A DNA stretch of 36,981 bases, from the NCBI GenBank assembly GCA_046046825.1, contig JBJOJC010000129.1, forward strand, positions 1 to 36,981. The letters are read 5' to 3'. The position numbers and the translations under genes were made by a program. Source of the stretch: Actinomycetota bacterium. GTDB taxonomy: Bacteria > Actinomycetota > Actinomycetes > Actinomycetales > Microbacteriaceae. Numbering within the stretch: the first letter of the stretch is position 1; each line of letters begins with the position of its first letter. The notes beneath the pieces were generated by a model. It worked only from the letters and a program-made list of their open reading frames with translations, searched no databases and was not told where the DNA came from. Shown here piece after piece: positions 30,707 to 36,981 of this stretch.

Positions 30707-30993
30707 TGATCTCTTTTCACATACGCACTAACGTCGATTGCAAGTGGTTCAACCTTTATTGCCTGCTCAGTGCTCTTTGCTGAGCCACCTGCGTTGTTGC
30801 CAATCACCACAGCAAAGTATGGGAGGAATACTGCGCTAAGCCCGAAAATCCATTGCCAAATGCCGGTGGTAAACACAACCAGAATCACGCAGGCAAATCT
30901 AACTATCATCGAAATTGTGTAAATCAGAAAACGCTTTGCACGCTCTTGCTCAGGTGCCTGACCTAGGTTCGTAACTGCGTTGATTTTAGACAT
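30703..30993 (-). CDS. DUF3099 family small membrane protein
   Basis: R...Y.I.M..R..C, two TM helices, A..LPY.AVVI.N. Start likely ATG 30993 (GAAGGA SD); typical location upstream of fabG. Confidence 0.85.
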   Translation of the reverse strand: MSKINAVTNLGQAPEQERAKRFLIYTISMIVRFACVILVVFTTGIWQWIFGLSAVFLPYFAVVIGNNAGGSAKSTEQAIKVEPLAIDVSAYVKRDQ

Positions 30994-31086
30994 TTGATCC
31001 TTCATCTCAAGGGTAACGCAACTGCTCTTCATAGACCTCAACGAGTAAACTTGTCGAAAGATTCCACAAAATGAAGAGAGAGTTCC

Positions 31087-31797
31087 TTGACTACTGAAAG
31101 AACCGTTTTAGTTACCGGCGGAAATCGCGGAATTGGTCGTTCTATTGCCGAAGAGTTCATCGCGCTTGGCTACCGCGTTGCCGTTACCGTTCGAACGGGA
31201 GAAGGTCCTGCTGGGTCGCTTTCAGTAAAAGCAGATGTGACCGACTCGGCCAGCATCGACGCCGCTATCGCCGAAGTGGAAGAGAAACTTGGTCCCATCG
31301 AGATTTTGGTTGCCAATGCAGGCATCACTCGCGACACCTTGCTTATGCGCATGACCGATGAAGAATTTGAAGACGTAATCAACACAAACCTAACCGGAGT
31401 ATTCCGCGTCTTGAAGCGAGCAACCAAGGGCATGATCAAAGCTCGTTTTGGTCGCGTAATTCTTATTGGAAGCGTGGTTGGTCTTTTAGGAAGTGCCGGT
31501 CAGGTGAACTACTCATCGGCCAAATCAGCACTGGTCGGAATGGCTCGCTCGGTGACTCGTGAACTAGGCGCACGCGGCATCACCGCAAACGTGGTTGCTC
31601 CAGGATTTATCGACACCGACATGACCGCCGAATTACCTGAAGAGCAGCAGGCGGAGTACAAGAAGCGCATCCCTGCCGGACGCTTTGCAGCTCCTTCGGA
31701 GGTTGCCAAAGCTGTGGCTTGGCTAGCTAGCGACGATGCCGCCTACATTTCGGGTGCCGTAATTCCAGTCGACGGCGGATTAGGAATGGGTCACTAA
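31087..31797 (+). CDS. fabG: 3-oxoacyl-ACP reductase (FabG/MabA type)
   Basis: VTGGNRGIG, NAGITRD, NLTG, YSSAK (YxxxK), NVVAPGFIDTDMT, PVDGGLGMGH. Confidence 0.96.
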   Translation: MTTERTVLVTGGNRGIGRSIAEEFIALGYRVAVTVRTGEGPAGSLSVKADVTDSASIDAAIAEVEEKLGPIEILVANAGITRDTLLMRMTDEEFEDVINTNLTGVFRVLKRATKGMIKARFGRVILIGSVVGLLGSAGQVNYSSAKSALVGMARSVTRELGARGITANVVAPGFIDTDMTAELPEEQQAEYKKRIPAGRFAAPSEVAKAVAWLASDDAAYISGAVIPVDGGLGMGH

Positions 31798-31856
31798 AAC
31801 GAACTTTTTCGCTAAAGCGTGACAAAATATTCACAACTCTAAAGAACGGAAATTCA

Positions 31857-32624
31857 ATGTCCTTACTTGCTGGCAAGAAGCTGCTGATCACCGGCGTGCT
31901 AACCGAGGCGTCAATCGCCTTCTCGGTTGCGAAACTAGCCCAAGAACAGGGAGCGGAAATCGTTCTCTCGTCATTTGGGCGCATGCTTCCAATCACTCAG
32001 AAGATTTCTGAACGTCTCCCAAAGCCTTGTGCAGTGATAGAACTAGACGCGACAAACGCTGACGACCTTGCGGCTTTAGAGTCTCGAGTTAAGGAACATC
32101 TTCCACACCTGGATGGCATAGTTCACGCAATTGCTTTCGCTCCTCAAACTGCGCTCGGCGGAAACTTCCTTGAGACTGAATGGGAAGATGTCTCGACTGC
32201 CGTTCAAGTCTCTGCATACTCACTCAAGTCGATCACTGTGGCCGCTAAGCCACTTCTGACTCGAGGCTCATCGGTCGTAGGTCTGACCTTCGACGCAACG
32301 GTTTCTTGGCCGGTCTACGACTGGATGGGTGTAGCAAAGGCTGCCTTCGAATCAGTAAGTCGTTACCTTGCCCGTTACCTGGGCAAAGACGGCATCCGTG
32401 TGAACTTGATCTCGGCAGGCCCGCTTCGTACCACTGCTGCTAAGGGAATTCCTGGGTTTGCAACCATGGAGGAGCTATGGACAGATCGCGCGCCACTCGG
32501 TTGGGACCTAACCGACACCGAGGCCGCCGCTCGAGGTATTATCGCTCTACTATCCGACTGGTTCCCAGCGACCACCGGTGAAATGATTCACGTTGACGGA
32601 GGACTGCACTCAACCGGTGCATAA
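31857..32624 (+). CDS. fabI: Enoyl-ACP reductase (FabI/InhA type)
   Basis: ITGV...SIAF, HAIAFAP, SAYS, YDWMGVAK, SAGP.RT.A, RAPLGW, TTGE.IHVDGG; follows fabG as in mabA-inhA. Confidence 0.95.
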   Translation: MSLLAGKKLLITGVLTEASIAFSVAKLAQEQGAEIVLSSFGRMLPITQKISERLPKPCAVIELDATNADDLAALESRVKEHLPHLDGIVHAIAFAPQTALGGNFLETEWEDVSTAVQVSAYSLKSITVAAKPLLTRGSSVVGLTFDATVSWPVYDWMGVAKAAFESVSRYLARYLGKDGIRVNLISAGPLRTTAAKGIPGFATMEELWTDRAPLGWDLTDTEAAARGIIALLSDWFPATTGEMIHVDGGLHSTGA

Positions 32625-32635
32625 ATCTAAAATTG

Positions 32636-32675
32636 AGTGTTGCCTCGAGTTTTTACTCGGGGCAATGCTTATTTA
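32636..32675 (+). terminator. Intrinsic terminator hairpin between convergent fabI and serB
   Basis: GTGTTGCCTCGAGT-tttt-ACTCGGGGCAATGC forms a 14-bp stem (three G-U pairs) followed by TTATTT; best on the + strand. Confidence 0.75.
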
Positions 32676-33304
32676 AGTTTTAGGTGGGGGATAACCAACC
32701 GAAGATCTGGCTCATCAATAACCACGTCGGCACGTTCTCGAACAAGTGGCTTCGCGTTGTAAGCGAATGAAAGCCCCGCGACTTCGAACATGTCTAAATC
32801 GTTGGCGCCATCACCGATAGCCGCAACCCACTGTTCGCTTTCGCCAAAGTCCTTAGACCACTCAAGCAGAGCATCTGCTTTGGCCTTTTTGTCGATGATT
32901 GGGCCGACCAGGTCGCCGGTTAACTTGCCGTCTTTGATTTCCAGAGTATTGGCACGGTAGTAGTCGAGGTTAAGCTGTTTGGCCAAGGGCTCAAGTATCT
33001 GAACAAAACCACCGGAAACGGCTCCTACGCGGCCGCCAGAGGCGTGTACCGCAGCAATGAGTTCTCTGGCGCCAATGCTTAGTCGAACTCGTTCATAAGC
33101 GTGCTGGAGAACCTCTACGGATAGGCCAGCCAGTGTAGCCACGCGAGACCGAAGTGATTCTTCGAAATCGATCTCACCGCGCATGGCCGACTCGGTAACG
33201 GCAGCCACCTGCTCGCGGGTACCGGCGAAATCCGCCAGCAATTCAATAACTTCATCTTGGATGAGCGTTGAATCTACATCCATAACAACTAATCGATAAC
33301 TCAA
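32669..33304 (-). CDS. serB: Phosphoserine phosphatase (HAD domain only)
   Basis: [51 protein letters not shown]; ATGA overlap with glgC. Confidence 0.93.
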   Translation of the reverse strand: MSYRLVVMDVDSTLIQDEVIELLADFAGTREQVAAVTESAMRGEIDFEESLRSRVATLAGLSVEVLQHAYERVRLSIGARELIAAVHASGGRVGAVSGGFVQILEPLAKQLNLDYYRANTLEIKDGKLTGDLVGPIIDKKAKADALLEWSKDFGESEQWVAAIGDGANDLDMFEVAGLSFAYNAKPLVRERADVVIDEPDLRLVIPHLKLK

Positions 33305-34542
33305 GGTGTGACTAGTGTACCTTTGGCAACCACGGTGATTCCGCTCTCGGTAACGGTAAATCCGCGGTCCAAATCACGCTGTCGATCCACACCAACCGCG
33401 GCGCCATCTGCAACAACGACTGACTTATCGAGAATTGCTCGGCGAACCGTGGCATTTCGACCAATAACTACGCCGTCTAGTATCACCGAATCGGTTACCA
33501 GTGCGTTGCTGTTGATCTTCACCCAAGGCGACAGCACCGAACGTTCCACAATCCCGCCAGACACTACTGTTCCAAGCGAAACAATCGAATCTGTTGTTCT
33601 TCCCTGATTTCCTTCGCCATCGTGAACGAACTTGGCAGGCGGAAGATTAATCTGCTGAGTAAAAATCGGCCATTCCGTGTTGTAAAGGTTGAAAACTGGC
33701 ATAACCGAGATGAGATCCATGTGGGCGTCGAAGTAAGAATCGATGGTTCCGACATCACGCCAGTAACTCTTATCTCGTGCGGTTGCACCTGGAATCTCAT
33801 TAAAAGTGAAGTCATAGACCCCAGCATCGTCCCGCTGAACCATGTAGGGAATGATGTCCCCACCCATATCGTGAGACGAGTCTTCTAAAGTTCCGTCATG
33901 CTCGATGGCATCGATGAGAGCTTGCGTTGTGAAAACATAATTTCCCATCGAGGCAAGAACCTCGTTGGGAGAGTCTGGCAGGCCAAGGGGATTGGTTGGT
34001 TTCTCTTTGAAAGCGGCGATTTTGTCTGGGTTGCTGGAATCAACCTCGATGACTCCGAATTGGTTTGCAAGACTCATCGGCTGTCGAATGGCAGCCACGG
34101 TGACACCTCTACCCGATGCGATATGGCTCTCAATCATCTGATCAAAGTCCATGCGGTAAACGTGATCTGCGCCAACAACCACGATGTAGTCGGGCGTTTC
34201 ATCGGAAAGCAGATTCATACTCTGCAAAATCGCGTCTGCCGAGCCAGAGAACCAACGCTTGCCAAGTCGTTGCTGAGCCGGAACCGAAGCAACATAAGAG
34301 CCGAGCAGTGGCGACATACGCCAGGTTTGGGAAATGTGGCGATCGAGCGAGTGCGACTTGTACTGGGTGAGTACAACGATGCGACGTACTCCAGAATTGA
34401 TCAAGTTTGAGAGTGCAAAATCGATCAGCCGATAGCTTCCACCAAAAGGGACAGCGGGCTTAGCGCGGTCCTCGGTCAGTGGCATGAGGCGCTTGCCCTC
34501 ACCGCCGGCTAGTACCATTCCAAAGATTCTGCGTGTTGCCAT
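33301..34542 (-). CDS. glgC: Glucose-1-phosphate adenylyltransferase
   Basis: [61 protein letters not shown]-terminal left-handed beta-helix. Confidence 0.98.
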   Translation of the reverse strand: MATRRIFGMVLAGGEGKRLMPLTEDRAKPAVPFGGSYRLIDFALSNLINSGVRRIVVLTQYKSHSLDRHISQTWRMSPLLGSYVASVPAQQRLGKRWFSGSADAILQSMNLLSDETPDYIVVVGADHVYRMDFDQMIESHIASGRGVTVAAIRQPMSLANQFGVIEVDSSNPDKIAAFKEKPTNPLGLPDSPNEVLASMGNYVFTTQALIDAIEHDGTLEDSSHDMGGDIIPYMVQRDDAGVYDFTFNEIPGATARDKSYWRDVGTIDSYFDAHMDLISVMPVFNLYNTEWPIFTQQINLPPAKFVHDGEGNQGRTTDSIVSLGTVVSGGIVERSVLSPWVKINSNALVTDSVILDGVVIGRNATVRRAILDKSVVVADGAAVGVDRQRDLDRGFTVTESGITVVAKGTLVTP

Positions 34543-34549
34543 ATTTTGG

Positions 34550-34583
34550 ATAGTAGTGCCAAACCGCGAAACATAGTTAACAT
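34550..34583. promoter_or_regulatory. Divergent leaderless promoters for glgC (TACTAT, - strand, 34550-34555) and glgA (TAACAT, + strand, 34578-34583)
   Basis: The TAnnnT hexamers lie 7 and 6 nt from their ATGs; no SD sequences; the intergenic gap is 47 bp. Confidence 0.6.
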
Positions 34584-34589
34584 TGCGTA

Positions 34590-35780
34590 ATGAGAATCGA
34601 TCTAATCACGAAGGAATATCCACCTCACATCTACGGAGGAGCAGGCGTACACGTCAGTGAATTAGTGAAAGTTCTTCGAAAAACCATCGAAGTTCAGGTT
34701 CGCTGTTTTGGTGATGATCGTGATGAAAAAGATACAAATTCATACGCTCATCCGCATATTTTCGATAACGCAAACCCAGCTATCCAAACTATGGCAACCG
34801 ACCTAGCCATGGTTAGTGACATCGCTGGAGCAGACCTGGTTCATTCGCACACCTGGTATTCAAACTTTGCCGGGCAAATGGCATCTCAACTTCACGGCAT
34901 TCCGCACCTGATCACTGCACATAGCTTGGAGCCTTTGCGCCCTTGGAAGCTTGACCAACTAGGCGGAGGTTACAAAGTCTCGAGTTGGATTGAGAAATCA
35001 GCTTATGAATCGTCCACCGGGATCATTGCCGTTAGCCACGGCATGAAAGCCGACATCCTTCGTTCTTACCCTGACATTGACCCCGCCAAGGTGTCGGTTG
35101 TTCACAACGGCATCGACCTAGCTGCTTTCCAATCCGCCGATGACCCAGATGTTGTTAGAAGTCTTGGAGTTAACCCAGACAAGCGTTCCGTACTTTTTGT
35201 TGGCCGAATCACACAGCAAAAGGGTCTGCCGTACCTCCTCAAGGCAGTTCGAGACCTGCCCTCTGACGTACAAATCATTTTGTGCGCTGGCGCACCAGAC
35301 ACCAAGGAGATACAACAACAGGTCATAGAACTCGTAGAGGAACTCAGAGGCGTGCGAAACGGTGTTATCTGGATTGAGCGCCACCTATCTCGACCCGAAC
35401 TGATCGCACTCCTGTCGAGCGCAACAGTTTTCGCCTGCCCATCAATTTACGAGCCGCTAGGTATTGTGAATTTAGAGGCAATGGCTTGTGGAATTCCCGT
35501 GGTTGCAACAGCGACTGGTGGCATTCCGGAAGTCGTCGAAGATGGCGTTACTGGGATTCTGGTCCCAATTGAGCAGCTACTTGATGGCTCAGGCAAGCCG
35601 CTTGACGAAGCCAAATTTGTTGCAGACACCGCTGATGCACTCCATCGAGCACTTGGTCAAGCTGACCTTGCTTCCATGGGCAAAGCAGGTCGCAAAAGAG
35701 TAGAAACGATGTTCAGCTGGGATTCAATCGCTTTAGACACCATCGAGGTCTACCGCCACGCAATCAAAACATTCGCCTAG
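34590..35780 (+). CDS. glgA: GT4 glucosyltransferase of the actinobacterial GlgA/GlgM type (maltose-1-phosphate synthase)
   Basis: [66 protein letters not shown]; divergent from glgC as in other Actinobacteria. Confidence 0.94.
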   Translation: MRIDLITKEYPPHIYGGAGVHVSELVKVLRKTIEVQVRCFGDDRDEKDTNSYAHPHIFDNANPAIQTMATDLAMVSDIAGADLVHSHTWYSNFAGQMASQLHGIPHLITAHSLEPLRPWKLDQLGGGYKVSSWIEKSAYESSTGIIAVSHGMKADILRSYPDIDPAKVSVVHNGIDLAAFQSADDPDVVRSLGVNPDKRSVLFVGRITQQKGLPYLLKAVRDLPSDVQIILCAGAPDTKEIQQQVIELVEELRGVRNGVIWIERHLSRPELIALLSSATVFACPSIYEPLGIVNLEAMACGIPVVATATGGIPEVVEDGVTGILVPIEQLLDGSGKPLDEAKFVADTADALHRALGQADLASMGKAGRKRVETMFSWDSIALDTIEVYRHAIKTFA

Positions 35781-35790
35781 GATTTCGCTT

Positions 35791-36573
35791 ATGGCATTGA
35801 CACTCAGTTTTGAAGGCGTTTCCGTTTCTAGAGATGGAAGGTCGATTCTTTCCAACATCGATTGGCAGGTCTTAGACAACCAGCGCTGGGTAATTGTCGG
35901 CCCAAACGGGGCTGGTAAAACCACCCTTTTGAAGGTTGCGGCTGCCCAAATTCAGCCAAGTTTCGGGAAAGCAGTGATTCTTGAGGGAACTCTTGGTGAA
36001 ACAAATGTTTTTGACCTCAGAACCAGGGTTGGATTTGCATCCAGCGCCCTAGTGGCGAGAATTCCTAATAGCGAAACTGTGTTGGACGCCGTTATGACCG
36101 CGAGCTATGCGATTACCGGACGCTGGAAAGAGGCATACGAAGACATCGATGAACGTCGTGCTCGCAGAGTTCTCGGTGAGTGGAACCTTGCCGAGTTAGC
36201 CGATCGAGCATTCGGAACACTCAGTGACGGTGAGCAAAAGCGAGTTCAATTGGCTAGATCGGTAATGACCGACCCTGAATTGTTGCTTCTTGACGAGCCG
36301 GTGGCCAGTCTCGACCTTGGCGCACGAGAGCAAACCGTGTCGCTCCTTGGTCAATATGCAGCTTCTCCGTATGCCCCAGCGATGATCATGGTGACGCACC
36401 ACCTTGAGGAAATTCCACAGGGCTTCACCCACGCCTTGCTACTGAACGACGGACAAATCGTTGCCCAAGGCGAGATTGACTCGGTCATCACGACAGACCT
36501 ACTAAGTGAAACCTTCGGATTTTCACTGAACGTCACTAAGGAATCTGGCCGATTCCAGGTTCGAGCCAAGTAA
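35791..36573 (+). CDS. Orphan ABC ATP-binding protein (YlmA/ModF-like)
   Basis: W.I.GPNGAGKTT, LSDGEQKRV, LLLLDEP, VTHH.EEIP; no adjacent permease. Confidence 0.88.
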   Translation: MALTLSFEGVSVSRDGRSILSNIDWQVLDNQRWVIVGPNGAGKTTLLKVAAAQIQPSFGKAVILEGTLGETNVFDLRTRVGFASSALVARIPNSETVLDAVMTASYAITGRWKEAYEDIDERRARRVLGEWNLAELADRAFGTLSDGEQKRVQLARSVMTDPELLLLDEPVASLDLGAREQTVSLLGQYAASPYAPAMIMVTHHLEEIPQGFTHALLLNDGQIVAQGEIDSVITTDLLSETFGFSLNVTKESGRFQVRAK

Positions 36574-36596
36574 ACCTAGTTGTCTGGCTTCGTTTC

Positions 36597-36649
36597 TGGT
36601 ATAGTTTTTTAGGTTGCCATTGCAACCAATCAAGACTTTTTTTCGAGGA
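36597..36649 (+). promoter_or_regulatory. Extended -10 promoter (TGG-TATAGT), 5' hairpin and SD for rpmE2
   Basis: TG at 36597-36598, TATAGT at 36600-36605, hairpin GGTTGC-catt-GCAACC at 36612-36627, GAGGA at 36645-36649. Confidence 0.6.
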
Positions 36650-36655
36650 TTTATT

Positions 36656-36907
36656 ATGAAGGCTGAAATTCACCCTAAGTACGAAGCAATCGTATTTCGC
36701 GACCTTGCTTCTGGCGTAGCGTTTCTAACTCGCTCGACCATCAGCAGCTCAAAGACCATCGAATGGGAAGACGGAAACACCTACCCGGTGTACGACGTTG
36801 AAATCTCTTCGGAATCGCACCCTTTCTACACCGGAAAGCAGCGCATCATGGATGCTGCCGGCCGTGTCGAGCGATTCAACGCACGTTACAAGGGCTTCGG
36901 CGCTTAG
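36656..36907 (+). CDS. rpmE2: 50S ribosomal protein L31 type B (Cys-free)
   Basis: [46 protein letters not shown]; no Cys; start at ATG 36656. Confidence 0.97.
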   Translation: MKAEIHPKYEAIVFRDLASGVAFLTRSTISSSKTIEWEDGNTYPVYDVEISSESHPFYTGKQRIMDAAGRVERFNARYKGFGA

Positions 36908-36917
36908 TAGAACTTTT

Positions 36918-36954
36918 AAAGAAAACCCCTGCCATTTGCAGGGGTTTTCTTTTA
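36918..36954. terminator. Bidirectional intrinsic terminator after rpmE2
   Basis: AAAGAAAACCCCTGC-cattt-GCAGGGGTTTTCTTT is a perfect 15-bp inverted repeat with A- and T-rich flanks. Confidence 0.9.
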
Positions 36955-36981
36955 TGCCAGAGGTTTCTCGGGCCAACCAAG

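Noticed and set aside
31025-31078. 8-bp inverted repeat CTCTTCAT...ATGAAGAG flanking the fabG -10 (TAAACT 31046-31051)
   Set aside because: The 38-nt spacer is too long for a typical operator, and the left arm lies upstream of the probable TSS so it cannot pair in RNA; compatible with chance.
36749-36976. 75-aa minus-strand ORF over rpmE2 and its terminator
   Set aside because: It runs through a perfect terminator hairpin and antisense to a ribosomal protein gene; spurious.

Overview
Dense, streamlined core-genome segment of an actinobacterium. Gene order, WhiA/OpcA/DUF3099/InhA-type markers, a low GC content for the phylum (about 50% by eye, not computed) and tiny intergenic gaps suggest a freshwater Microbacteriaceae of the Rhodoluna/Aquiluna type (inference). 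Gene content: 'coaE-uvrB-uvrA-uvrC-rapZ-whiA-sodA-gap-pgk-tpiA-secG (+); tkt-tal-pgi-zwf-opcA-pgl (-); ctaB (+); ctaA-photolyase (-); sufB-sufD-Rieske ferredoxin-sufC-sufT-ABC-F (+); DUF3099-small Cys/His protein-SURF1 (-); fabG-fabI (+); glgC-serB (-); glgA(glgM)-ABC ATPase-rpmE2 (+). I see no mobile element, CRISPR array, tRNA or rRNA, and no clear-cut novel multi-gene system. The best leads are: (1) a long, switch-like RNA structure in the leader of a suf operon that has no sufR/sufS/sufU; (2) a photolyase translationally coupled to heme A synthase, with Tyr at the distal Trp-triad position; (3) a coupled DUF3099-Cys/His microprotein-SURF1 operon; (4) loss or relocation of rbpA and yvcK from their usual slots.
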